Assembly: GCA_004431415.1 (NCBI GenBank)
Contig: QPMI01000236.1
Coordinates: 15,064 to 79,063, forward strand
Length of the DNA stretch: 64,000 bases
Reading direction: 5' to 3'
From: Cyanophora paradoxa CCMP329
Taxonomy: Eukaryota; Plantae; Glaucophyta
Shown: one piece after another, positions 22,901-35,300 of the stretch
Position numbering within the stretch: position 1 is the stretch's first letter
How the letters are laid out: each line of letters begins with the position of its first letter
Translations under genes and position numbers: made by a program
The notes under the pieces: model-generated
What the model was told of the DNA's origin: nothing
What the model saw: the letters and a program-made list of their open reading frames with translations, nothing else
Database searches by the model: none

Positions 22901-25900
22901 CCGCCGGGCCGCCGGAGACGAAGTACGAGCGGCCGGCGCGGTGGGTTCTGCAGCCGAAGCAGTCGCTGCCGCTAAAGCTTCAGTTCGCGGCCGAGGAGCC
23001 CGAGGTCGTGGGCGAGACGCTGGGCTTCGAGGTCCTCAACCAGGGGCCGGGCCACCCCCGCGAGATGCACCTCAAGTGCCGCGGCGTCTGCGCGTACCCC
23101 CAGATCTCGGGCGACCCGCGCAACGTCTTCCTCCGCAAGACGAAGGGCGGCGACGAGAGCAAGATCATCGTCAAGCAGTTCGTCTCGAGCCGGGACCGCT
23201 ACGAGTTTGGCCCGCTGCTCGCCGGCAAGAACAAGGAGGGCTACCAGGCGGGCAAGCACCCGGAGAACCGGGAGAAGTTCCGCATCACGAACAACGGGCT
23301 CTTCGACTGCAAGGTCTCGTTCTTCCTGGAGAAGCACCCGACGGGGCCGTTCTACCTGGACCCCCCCACCATGGAGCTCAAGGTGGACGAGACGAAGGAG
23401 CTGACCGTGTGGGCCTTCCCGGAGGCTGTCGGGCCCTTCGAGGAGACCCTCGTCTGCTGCGTCAAGGACAACCCGCAGCCGGTCGCCTTCAACCTCCACT
23501 GCCTGGGCGCCAAGCCCGAGGTCAAGCTCGACAAGTCCGAGCTGCAGTTCGACCGCCTGCTCATCCCGCGGGAGGACACGATGACCTTCACGGTGACGAA
23601 CGTCGCGCCGCTCGCGTGCAACTGGCGCCTCGTCGGCGCCGACACGGCCGGCGCCGAGTGGCGCATCGCCCCGACGAGCGGCACGCTGGAGCCGAAGGGC
23701 GCCGTCACCGTGACCGTCCAGTTCCACGCCAAGGACCCGGCCGTGCTCAAGAAGGACCTGACGGTCGAGATCACGGACGCCGGCGGGCTCCTCGGCGTGG
23801 CGCAGACGCTCCCCGTCGTGCTGCAGGCCGAGGCCTTCAGCGTGAACCTCGAGACGGACACGACGGCGCTCGACTTCGGCGTGATGCGCGTCCTGCAGGA
23901 GGACAAGCGCCAGATCAAGCTGCTGAACAAGGGCAAGTACGACATCGGCTTCAAGATCCTCGTCAAGAAGAAGGCGCTGCGCGACATGTTCACCATCACG
24001 CCCTCCGAGGGCGTCCTCAAGCCTACGGAGGCGCCCCCGCCCCCGCCGGGCTCCAAGGCGCCGCCGGCCAAGGCCCCCGCCGTGGCGCCCACGGTCGTCG
24101 AGTTCGCGCTCAAGGCCCACGGGGAGGTCACCCTCAAGGACAGCCTCGACATCAAGATCCAGGCGAGCCGCCCCGTCCATCTCTCCATCTATGTCCAGAT
24201 GGCTTCCTTCGCCTCGGCTCTCTTCCTGACGCGCGTCCGTCCCGCCCCGCGCGCAGGTGATCGAGGCGTCGTCGAGCGAGGTGCTGCCGTCGGTGGTCCC
24301 GATCAAGATCAACGCGCGCGTGCTCTACGCCAAGTACGCCATCACGCCGCTCCGCGGCCTCAGCTTCGGGCCCCTCCTCGTCGGCACCCGCAAGACCCGC
24401 ACCTTCGACATCGTCAACCAGGTCCGGCCCCCTTCTTCTTATCTATCTGGTTCCTAGACTGACTTTGTGCGCCGCGCAGGGCGAGTTCGACTTCAACTAC
24501 ACGATCGCGAAGATGCCGGCGGAGCTGCGGCCGCCCTCCTCGCAGCAGCCGGCCGCGCCAGCCTCGGCCAGCGGCGCCCCGCGGCCCGCCGCGCCCGCCG
24601 CCGCAGCCGCAGCCGCGCCGGCAAGCCGGCGGCGCCGGCGGCGGCGGCCGGGAAGAAGGGCGCGCCGGCGGCGGACGCGCTGACGGTCGGGAGCTTCGTG
24701 GTGACGCCGAGCCTGGGGAACGTGCCGGCGGGGGCGACTCAGACGATCTCGGTGGAGTTCCTGGCGGACGCGGGGGCCGCCTCGGCGGAGGTCCTCGCCA
24801 TCGACATCGCGGACCGGGAGCCGACGGAGCTGCGCGAGGGCGTGCCCTACGAGCTGATGGGGGAGACCTGCGTCCCCGGCATCAACACCTGGGACCTCGA
24901 GTCCATCTTCGAGGAGCAGCAGGTGCGCGCGAGGCCGCGCCGCGTTTCTGTCTCTCTGCGGGAAGCTGAGAGATGGCCGTCCGCCGCGCAGGTGGTGAAG
25001 CGCCTGGCGGACGTGCCGTTCACGGTCTCGGGCGCCGGCTCGGCCGGCAAGCACGTCTACGCCGAGGAGGAGCGCGTCTTCTCGTTCGGGGCGATCGTGG
25101 CGGGGCAGAGCCGCCAGGAGCGCTTTAAGCTCGTCAACCCGATGAAGATCCCGTGCGACGTCAACGTGACGATCAAGCCGCGCGCGGCGGCCAAGGGCGT
25201 CACGGCCGGCGCCGAGGCGGCGTTCGACGTGGAGCCGAAGAAGCTCCACATCCCGACGCACGAGCACCGCTACGTGACCGTCACCTTCGCCCCCGCCGAG
25301 CTCAAGTCGTACGTCGCCGTCTTCGAGGCCTCGGTGGAGCAGGGGACGGACCCGAAGACCAAGGCCCTCACGTTCGAGGTCCGCGGCGACGGCACGATCC
25401 CGAGCGTCCTCGTCGAGCAGCCGCACGCGCGGGCGCCCACGGGCCAGCTCCTCCTCCAGTTCGCCCGCCTGCTGCTCGGCAAGGCGCAGACGGCGCCCGT
25501 CGTGCTCCGCAACGACGGGATCCTCCCCGCGACGGTCCGCGTCTCGATGCAGGCGTCGAAGTGCTTCAGCTGCGCGGGGACGGGCAGCTTCGTGCTGGAG
25601 AGCAAGAAGGCGCACACGCTCGACGTGCGCTTCTCGCCCATGGAGGCCGGCAAGTTCTCCCACGAGCTCCGCGTCTCCGTCGCCGACAACAAGTTCGAGG
25701 ACAACGTCATCCTCCTCCAGGTCCGTTCGCTGGCCGGGCTCGCTTGCTGCTGGGCTGGTCGCTGTCGCCTGCTTCTTCTTCTTCCTCTGAGGCTTCGCTC
25801 CGCAGGGCGAGGGGTACCAGGACGACGTGACCTTCGACGACCTGCCGGAGGAGTCGGCGGACACGCTCAAGTTCGAGGACACGACGGTGGGCAACCCGCG

Positions 25901-28900
25901 GCGGGAGACGTTCACGCTCAAGAACCACTCGGGCGAGCACAAGCGCTTCGAGTGGAAGGGCCACCCGGACTTCACGGTCAGCCCGGCGGTGGGGCACCTG
26001 CACGCGCGCTCGCAGAAGGACGTCACGATCACGTTCAACGCGCCCGAGCCGCGCAAGCACAAGGACCTGCAGGTCTTCGTCAAGCTCGTGACGATCAAGT
26101 ACCCCGACGAGCCGGTGGACTGGGACGACCGCCACAAGGTCGTCAAGTGGATGTCCGAGGCCGAGGCCGCGGCGGCCGCCGCCGCGCAGGCGCAGGCCGC
26201 GGCGGCGGCCGCGGGCGGCGCCAAGGGCGGCAAGGGCGGCCCGGCGAAGCCCGCGGCGGCGGCGGCGGCGGCCGCGACCTCGCGGACCGCGTCGCCGGCG
26301 CCGGGGCACCAGGACGCGACTGGCAGCCTGCAGGCCTCGTCGGGCGCGGTGGGCCCGAACGGCATGCGGCGCGTTGTGGAGACGGAGAAGGAGCCGGCGT
26401 GCGAGCAGGCGGCGCCGAACACGGCCAAGGAGCTCAAGCTGCTGGTCAACGCGACGTCGGACTTCGCCAAGTTCGAGTGCGCGACGGAGAAGGTCGCCTT
26501 CAAGCAGACGATGATGTACCAGAGCCGCACCTTCTCGTTCCCGTTCAAGAGCACGTCGACGGCGCGCTTCGACTACCGCTGGTACTTCTGCGACGAGGAG
26601 GGCGCCGAGATCGTCGCCGGCCTGCCCTTCTCCGTCGAGCCCCCGTCGGGCCTCCTCGGCCCCGGCGAGACCTCCCTCATCCAGGTCAGTCCGTCCGTCT
26701 GCGCCCGCGCGCCGCAGAGGAGGGCGCCGCTCACGTGCTGACGCGCGGGCCGCTCTCTCTCTCTCCCTCAGGTCAAGTTCGCTCCAGAAGACGCCGACGT
26801 GTACGAGTGCCGGCTGGCGTGCTCGATCCCCGGCGTGCAGCCGGGCGCCAAGCTCCCCTCCCTCCACGTCTCGGGCCGCAGCGCCCGGCCCCTCTGCCAC
26901 TTCGACCTCCCCGAGTCGGACTACGTCGCCGGCGGCCGCCGCAACCCGGAGCTGCGGGGGCCGGCGGGGCGCCTCGGCCCCCTCGACCCCGCGACGCGCG
27001 TCGTCGAGTTCGAGTCGCTGGGCGTCAAGGTCGGCCCTGTCTCGCCTGTCTCGCCTTCGCCCTCCCGCCCACGCCCCCGCCCCCGCCCGCAGGTCCGGAA
27101 CACGAAGCGGTTCTCGATGCTGAACCCGACGAACGTGAGCTACGAGTTCCAGTGGGTGCCCGAGGAGGACGACCCGGCGGCCTCGGCCGGCGTCTTCAAG
27201 GCGACCGTGCGGCACGGGATCATCGGGGCCGGCAAGAACGCCGAGATGGCCTTCGAGTACACGCCGGACAAGGCGGCCCTCGCCGAGTCCTTCTGGCGCT
27301 TCAAGATCCCCGAGCACGGCGTCGACGTGCCCTTCCTGTTCGTCGGGCACGTCGCCGAGCCGGACGTGAGCCTGGACCGGCCCCACATCAACTTCAACTA
27401 CGTGCTCCTCGGCGGCGCCGCCTCGGAGACCGTCTACCTCATCAACCGCGAGCACATCCCCTTCGCCTTCTACTTCGACATCAAGGTGCGTCTGATATAT
27501 TAAGTTGGAGATTACACAAAGATTCCCTGGCCCGGCTGACTCGAGCGGCAGGAGAAGAACGCGGTGCTGGAAGTGAACCCGCCGGCGGGGACGGTCCCTC
27601 CGGACGGCCAGCAGGCGGTCACGATCCGCTTCCGCCCGAACGCGGAGAAGCAGTTCAACTTCAACCTCTCCTGCGTGATCCGGAAGAAGCCGTCGCGGCT
27701 GGCGCTCAACGTCAAGGGGGAGGGGTACCAGATCCACGAGGCGCTGCAGCTCGACGACGGCTCGGGCAAGCCGCTGGAGCTCGCATCCGGCTCGGTCAAC
27801 TACGTCGACTTCGGGCAGGTGCAGGTCAACGAGCGCCGCACGCGCGACGTCGTGCTCGCGAACACGGGCAAGTTCAAGTTCGACTTCTCGTGGACGCTCC
27901 CTCCCCAGGCCCTCGTCTCGATCACGCCGCCCGTGGGCACCGTCAACCGCGGCGAGCGCGTCGCCTGCCAGATCGCCTTCTGCCCGACGGGCGAAGCGTC
28001 GGTGGAGAACCTGCGCGCCGTCTGCCAGGTCGCGCACGGCCGCTCGTACCCGCTCGTCATCTCGGGCAAGGGCGCCAAGCCGGCCCTCAACTTCTCGTTC
28101 TACGCGCACGACTTCGGGCCGCAGTTCCTCCACAACCAGGGGACCGCGCCCGCCAAGGTGCGAACGAAGGGGCGCCCCTCGCCCCCCGCGCGTCCCGCCT
28201 CCTGACGGCCCTCGGGGCCGCAGGCGACGCTGCGGATCACGAACGAGGACTCGCACGACATCATGCTGGAGCCGCTCTTCGAGAGCAGGCCGCACCTCGA
28301 GGTCGACGCGACGCCCACCGTCCTCGCCCCCCGCGACTCCATCCAGGTACCCCCCGACCCGCCCTTGTTCTCCTGCCCTCGCAGTTTCGTTCTCTGAACC
28401 GCCCCGCCCCGGCGCAGGTCCCGATCACGTTCATGCCGCGGGAGCTGGTGGCGTACAAGGAGACGCTGCCCTTCCAGGTCAACGGCTCGATGAAGGTCAA
28501 CGTGGTCGTCTCGGGCGAGGGCGCCGTCCCCAAGCTCGAGCTCGTCAGCGCCCAGCAGGGCGCCGTCGCCTTCGGCTCCCTCCGCGTCAACCAGAGCGCC
28601 TACCGCGCCGTCAAGGTCGCCAACCGCTCCAAGTGCGCCGCGACCTTCTCCCTGGAGCAGGCGGCCCGGCGGCTGGCACAGCTCGGCGTGAGCCTCAAGC
28701 CGGCGACGCCCATCACGCTGCGGCCCAAGGACGTCGCGACGGTCGAGCTCTCGTTCAGCCCGACGGCGCGCATCCCCGCGTTCAACGTGGAGGTTGCGGC
28801 GGAGCTCGCCGGCGTGCAGCGCCCGCTCTTTGTCGTGACGGGCGCGTGCCACGGCATCGAGCTCAAGCTGGAGAACAGCGTCGTGCCCTTCGGCGCCTGC

Positions 28901-30786
28901 GTCCTCAAGTCGCGCGTCCTGCGGCGCGTGCACCTCGAGAACACGGGCGACATCGGGACCAAGTTCCGGTGGAACGCCGGCCGCTTCGCGCCGGACTTCA
29001 CGGTCTTCCCCGTGGAGGGCCACCTGGCGCCCAACGAGGACGTCAACATCGAGGTGCGGCGGCCCCCGCCCCCGCCCCGCCCGCCCGCTGCTCCGTCTTT
29101 GAGCGCCGCCTCTGACCTCCCCGGCCCCGCTCCGCTCTCAGATCACGTTCCAGCCGACGCGGCTTTCGAAGGACGTGCGGTACGAGAAGCTGGAGCTGTA
29201 CGTGGAGGGCGGGGAGACGCAGTTCCTGACGCTCACGGGCATGTGCCTCGCGGCCACGCCCGAGGCGGCCGCCCTCGACTTCAAGGTCCCCGTCCGCGAG
29301 AAGCAGGTCAAGTCCATCGCGATCGCCAACAAGGTCCGCGTCTGACGCTCTTTCGCCGGTTTCGATCGCCTCTGACGCTCTCTCTTTCTTTGGCCAGACG
29401 GCGAGCGCGTGGGCGCTGCGGCCCGTCATCGACAACGAGACGTGGTCCGGGCCCGAGACGCTCGACGTCGCGGCGGGGGCCTCGGCGCAGTACGAGGTCA
29501 CGTACCGCCCGCTCTCCATGACGGGCGCCGACGCGGAGAGCAAGCACAAGGGTAGCCTCTTCTTCCCGCTCCCCGACGGCAGCGCCATCCTCTACAACCT
29601 CGTCGGCTCGGCCGACCCGCCGGCCTCGGCCGGCGACGTCGCGGCCGAGATCCCGTGCAAGAAGAGCGGGCAGGTCGAGCTCAAGGTCTCCAACTGGCTC
29701 AAGCGCTCGCAGCGCTTCCGGGTGACGATCGCGCCGGACAAGCCCGACCCGCTGACGAGCCTGCGGGGCCCCGACTACATTGACGTACCCGGGCTCTCGG
29801 AGCGTGTCTACCGCCTGCACTTCTTCGCGTACAAGGAGGGGCCCTGCACCGCCACCGTCACCTTCACGGACGAGAAGACGAACGAGTACCTCTTCTACAA
29901 GCTCTCGATCAAGGCCACGGCGCCCGAGGTCATGCAGGCGATCCGCCTGGAGACGCCCGTCCGCTCGGCGCTGCGGCACACGATTAGCGTGGAGAACCCG
30001 CTCGAGGCGGCGGCCTCGTTCGCCGCCAAGTGCGACGCGGCGGACGTGTCGTTCCCGGCGAGCCTCTCCGTGCCGCCCAAGTCGCAGGGCAAGCTGGAGC
30101 TCCAGTTCCTGCCGCTGACGCTGCGGGACGGGGCGACCGTGCGCCTCACCCTCGCCTCGCCCGAGCTCGGGACGTACCTCTACGACCTCATTCTCAAGTC
30201 GACCAAGCCCTCCACGGAGAAGTCCATGCGCTTCACGGCGGCGCTCGGCACGCCCCAGACGCAGACCTTCCGCTTCACGTCCTACTCGCGGGCGCCGAAG
30301 ACGGAGTACAAGTGCGAGTCGACGTGCCCTGACTTCGTCTTCGAGAGCGCCGTCGTCAACGCGCCGCCGGCGCCGGGGCCCGAGGGCGTCGAGTGCTCAG
30401 TGGAGGTGACGTACGAGCCCTCGGAGATCGGCGAGTCCAAGGGCACGCTCCTCATCCGGAGCGCGGCCGGCGGGGACTACGAGGTGCCCCTGCACGGCAT
30501 CTGCGCGCCGCCGAAGCCGCAGGGGCCGTTCAGCGTCAAGGCCGGCGGCTCGGCCTCCATCCCCTTCAAGAACGTCTTCGCGAAGCAGCAGGACTTCTCG
30601 TACGCGGTCGACAACCCGGCCTTCTCCGTCAAGTCCGGCGAGAGCGTACCCCCCCGCAAGGCGACCGCCATCTCCGTCTCCTACAAGCCCCCCGCCGGCA
30701 CCCCCGCCGGCACCGAGACCAAGGCCAAGCTCGTGGTCTCCTGCCCCAACTCCCCCCCCTGGATCTTCTACCTCCGCGGCGCGTAG
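13997..30786 (+). CDS. HYDIN: Hydin, axonemal central-pair protein (about 31 introns)
   Basis: N-terminal IFQPFPPQVVFQGYEPFKTYEAVLHLRNND and EREKFHVPVRAIG..LDFPDEIVF, many ASH/PapD-like repeats, a central adenylate-kinase-like P-loop (GPSGVGKS), EFGPLLAGK and the C-terminus WIFYLRGA. There are two apparent 1-nt frameshifts in GC runs (~22020, ~24620). Confidence 0.95.
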
Positions 30787-31257
30787 GCCGCCGCCCGCCC
30801 GCCCGCCCCCGCGGCCCCCTCCCCCCTCCCGCTGTTCTTTTCCGCTCCCACCTCCGTCCCCCGCTCTGCGGCCCCCGGTTTTTCTTGGCAGGATTTATCT
30901 AGTTTTGGACGCGCGCCAGCGACTGTTAGGGAACCAGATAGGTCAAGCTGTGTTCGAGTATAGATACAATGTCGAACAAGCCTCCAGCAGCTGCAGGAAG
31001 CCACTTGGGGCCAGTCTGCATGCACACTAGGATCTGCAGGCCTCCGGGATCCGCCCCATGGCCAAGCCGGAGGGCCGCGTGCTCGCATCATGCATATGCC
31101 CGAATGCTCGGCCGCGGCGGCTCGAGCTAGCTGCCAGGCTGGGCGGCCTGGGCCCAGCAATCTCACTACAGTGAAGGGGGAGCTCGAGCAAGAAGTGATT
31201 TACGGATACATTAGCAGAGATTATTATGTATGACCTGTAGCTGCAAAAGGGAGCGCC

Positions 31258-32270
31258 CTACTGTGGGCCAGGGTGCACTTCAATGAACTCCAGGCCTGCG
31301 TCGGCAAAGGTGCCGTCTGCAGATTAGCACAGACCGCAGCACGCGATAGGGCATGAGCGGGACCGCCCACGGGCCGGCCCCGCGCGCACCGTTGCCGTCG
31401 GGGTCGCGGAAGAAGCAGGCCCGGCGGCCGCTCCCCGAGAGACGGTGGGGTACGCCCTCCTCCAGCAGCACCTCCACCAGCGCGTCCAGGTCCGGGATCG
31501 CGAAGGCCCTGGGAGAGTTCGGGCTCGTGAAAAGAGGAGCGCACTCGGGAGCGCGTATGCGCACGTGTGGCGGTCCTCGCCGACGTAGGCGGGGCGGCCC
31601 TCCGTCGGGTCCACGTTAGGCATCTCGATCCTGCGGGCGCGCAGGCGCGCGGGCGCGCGGGCGTGAGGAGCCGCCGGGCACGGCGCGCACGGTCGGTCTT
31701 TAAGCCGGAGCTATAGCTAACGATGCGCATGCCCGGCGCCGCGCCCGGGCCCGAGCTAGGCACGCGCGTGCGCACAAGTGGATCGACAGGCCGCTGTTGT
31801 CGGGCGTTCCGAGCCACGCGCCGTTGTACTTGATCGTGCTTGGGCGGGAGTCCATCACGTAGAAGCCAAGCATCTGCGGGAAGAAGCCGGGGCGCCCGGC
31901 GCTTAGCGGACGCGGCCGGCGCGGCGGGGCGCGGCGGGGCCCGACCGTGTAGAAGTCGACGGAACGCTGCGTGTCGGCGGTCATGATGCTGACGTGGTGG
32001 AAGCTCGGCTGGATCGGGCGCAGCGAGCGGTGCGGCGCGCCGTCGGCGGCCGCGCGGAGCACGGGGACCGACGGGCCGGCTTCGAACGTCGCTGCATGGT
32101 GCCGCCTCGCCTGCGGAAGCGTGGACGCCGGCCTGCGCGGGGCGGGTCAAACGTTGCAGAAAGGCTGACGGGGCGGAGCGCGCTCACAAGGCGTGCCGGA
32201 CATCTGCGCGCCACGCAAGGCCGCGCGCTGACACAAGGGCGGGCGCCGACGAGCAGAACAGGGCCATCAT
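31258..32270 (-). CDS. Plastid-targeted VOC (glyoxalase/lactoylglutathione lyase-like) protein
   Basis: Spliced reading: MMALFCSSAPALVS..(transit peptide)..FHHVSIMTADTQRSVDFYT|MLGF..GAWL..IHL|IEMPNVDPTEGRPAYVGEDRHTC|FAIPDL..SGSGRRACFFRDPDGN|GLEFIEVHPGPQ*. Metal ligands H/E/H/E are present. Confidence 0.87.
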
Positions 32271-32337
32271 CGATTTGCACGCGTACCCGGGGACGTCGGC
32301 AGAACTGCAGCCGACGCGGGCTAGGAGCACGCCGGCG
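32271..32337. promoter_or_regulatory. Putative compact bidirectional promoter
   Basis: Only 67 bp separate the divergent ATGs at 32270 (-) and 32338 (+). The gap holds an inverted repeat, CGTCGGC (32294-32300) / GCCGACG (32310-32316). Confidence 0.5.
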
Positions 32338-35300
32338 ATGGCATTCGCGTCTGCAGGAGCGCCTGTGGTGGCGCGGGCCCGCGCGGCGCCTTGGACAGAG
32401 GCGCACGCGCAGCCGTGTGCTCCGCCCCGAAAGAGCCGCCGCCCCGCTCGCCAGCAGCAGCAGCTCAGGAGCTCGTTCCTGCCGTCGACGCGTCTCGCGG
32501 CGCCCCTGCGGCTGCCCTGCGGCCGTTCGGTCATTCGGCCAGGGCCGGCGCCGTCGACGGCGCCAAGGGCGAGCGCGGGCGGGTGCGTGCCCTCCCTACG
32601 TGCCACGTACGCCGAGTGCCGCCGCGCGCCGGGCCGCCGACGGTGCCGCGCGAAGGCCGCACTGGGAGACCCTCAAAGAGAGGCTCGGAGACATCCCAGT
32701 CACCGCGGACCCGGGTCAGGTCGCGCAAAAGTCCAAAGACTACTTCTGGTGCGACCCGAGCGCCCCGCGGCGGACCCGTGACCCGACGCTGACGCGCCGC
32801 TTCGAATTCCAGGTACTCGCCCATCTTGAAGGAGCAGCTGACGGGCAAGGTCGGAGACTTCGTCGCCGCCCCGCGGAACGAGGAGGAGGTGCGCCGCCCG
32901 CAGGGCGGTTCCCGCGCCCGCCGCGCCGACCGGCCGGCGCCGGCAGGTCATCCGCGTGCTGGACGCGTGCCGGCAGCTGCGGATCCCCGTCACGGCTCGC
33001 GGCTGGGGCACGGGCAACTACGGGCAGGCCGTGCCGCTCGCCCGAGGCTGCGTGCTTGACCTCTCGGGCCTGGACCGCCTGCTCTGGTGCAAGGACGGCG
33101 CGGCGCGCGTGCAGGCCGGCATGAAGCTCGTAGACCTCGAGGCGAGCGCGCGCGCACGCCCCTCCCTTCCTTCCTTCTCACCGACCGGCCCGGCAGGCCC
33201 AGACGGTGCCGCTGGGGTGGGAGCTGCGCTTCCACCCCTCCACGCGTCGCACGGCCTCGATTGGCGGATTCGTCGCCGGCGGTGCGGCCGCCGCTGCCGC
33301 CGGGGCCGGTCGAATGTGCCTCCAGCCTGATTCGAACCCCCGCGCGCACATGCAGGCTCCGGCGGCGTTGGCTCCATCAACTACGGCGGCCTGCGGGACC
33401 CGGGGAACCTGAGGCGCGCCTGTATCCCCCCAAGCTGCCCGACCAGTTCCGCGCTGCGACCGCGTACCCCCTTAGGGCGCTGCGGGTCGTGACGATGGGT
33501 ACCGCGGACGAGCCGCCGAAGGCCGTCGAGCTCCGGGGACCCGACTGCCTCAAGGTTGCCCACGCGTGCGCCGAAAACCCCGTACCCCCCTCTTGCTCCA
33601 TCCCCCCTCGAAGCCCGGGTACAGGTACGGGACGAACGGCATCATCACGGAGGTCGAGCTGCCCCTCGCGCCAGCCACGTGCGCAGACCCCTCCTTCCTC
33701 TTCTTCCCCCCGGAAGCGAAAGGGTCCCCGCCGGATTCGAGCCGGCGTCGGCGCGCAGGAAGTGGTCGGACGTGGTCTTCTCGTTCCCGGACCTGAACTC
33801 CGCCGTGCGTACCCGGACCCGGACCCAAACCCGATCCCCATAATCAAAATCAGAGCGACGTAGTCGACCTTCTAGCCCTCCACCTCGTCCTCCTTCTAAA
33901 CGTCGGGCAGGTCGCGTTCGGGGAGCGGCTGGGGCGGGCGGACGGCGTCCGCAAGAAGCTCCTCTCCGTCCTCCCCGCCCCCCTCGCCAAGTACTTCCCC
34001 CAGGTCCGCCCCGCCCTCCCCCCCGCCCCCCCCCCCCCCCCCCCCGCCCCCCGCACCCCCTCCCCCCCCCCCCCCCCCCCCGCCCCGGCCTCAGGGCTTC
34101 CTCGCCTGCCTAGAGCACCCGAGCAGCGCCCGATCCCGACCCCGGCCCCGGCCCCGGCCCCGGCGCCTCTTTGTGTCTAGAGCCCGTTCCTCTCGGCAAC
34201 GAGATTAGCGTCCGCTCGCTCGAGCTTATTCTCTCTAACAATCCACCCCGCGGCCCGGCCCCAGCCCCGCCCCGGCCCTTCGCGGCGCCTCTCTGTGCCT
34301 CTGCCGCTACTCCGTCCGACCTCCGTGTGATCCCCGGGCAGCTCGCTCTGGACGCCTCCCGGGCGCACGTCTTCGCGATGCTCGAGGCCGGCGCCGAGCC
34401 CGACGCCCGCGCCCTCGCCGCCGCCTTCGACCAGGCCACGGTCCGTCCGTGCCAGGATAGATGGATAGAAAGAGGCCACGGTTAGAGGACGGCTAGAGGA
34501 GAGGCTAGAGGGGAGAGGCGGGCACGCTTAGTGCTCTCCAGGGCCACGGTCCGTGTCAGGATAGAAACGAGGGAGCTAGATCCCCAGCTAGGAGCGGGTG
34601 TGGCGGAGGCGCTAGGCGAGCTCCCGTTCTAGAAGCGGCGGCGTCCCCCGTACTCTCGCCTACGCCTAAGTGCGCGCACCTCGCCGACGCCTTCGACCAG
34701 GCCACGGTCCGTGTCAGCGGCTAGAGGACGGCTAGAGGAGAGGCTAGAGGGGACACCGCCCGCTTTGGCGGGCACGCTTAGTGCTCTCCACCGCCCTTTC
34801 ACCGTCAAATCTCGTCCCGCCCGCGCCCGCGCCGCCCCCTTCCACGGCGCCCGGGCCCGCCCCTTTCCCGCTCCCCTTCCCTTTCTTTATTGAAAGGGGC
34901 GGCAGGTGGAGCGGTGCGGGCCGACCCCGGGGGACGACGCCCGCGGGGCCCTGCCCCTCTTCGAGTTCGGTACCCCCCTTCTCTTTGCTCTTCGCCCTCG
35001 GCCCGGGCTGACGCGGCGCGCCCCGCCCACCCCGCAGCCTGGAACCACACGACACTGCACGCCCTTAAGGCGCGCCGGCGCTAAAATTAAAAACGGAGCC
35101 GTTCTATTCCGTACCGTCGCCCCTGACTCTACCCCCCCCCCCCCACTCCCCGCAGTACGACAAGGACGTGACGTACCTGCAGTCGTTCTTCCCCCCCGGG
35201 GACCTCCCCTCCAAGGCGGGCTGTACCCCCTTCCTCGACCGTCGCGCCCCCTTCTGAGGCGGCGTACCCCTCCAGGTGGCTGAGATGGAGGCCCTGTTCA

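Noticed and set aside
22000-24630. Two frame breaks in HYDIN (~22020 and ~24620) as programmed frameshifts or pseudogenisation
   Set aside because: Both fall in pure G/C low-complexity runs and the rest of the gene is intact. Sequencing indels are the simplest explanation, checkable with short reads.
24467-29521. 1684-aa ORF and other long ORFs overlapping HYDIN on either strand (e.g. 22230-24260, 25707-28295, 24497-26554)
   Set aside because: Stop codons are scarce at this GC content. The ORFs are patchworks of HYDIN exons, introns and off-frame Arg/Gly/Pro-rich text.
34005-34090. Long poly-C/poly-G tracts (also ~38500, 61320, 61615, 62005) as functional G-quadruplex elements
   Set aside because: They are intronic homopolymers whose length is unreliable in assemblies, and there is no independent support.
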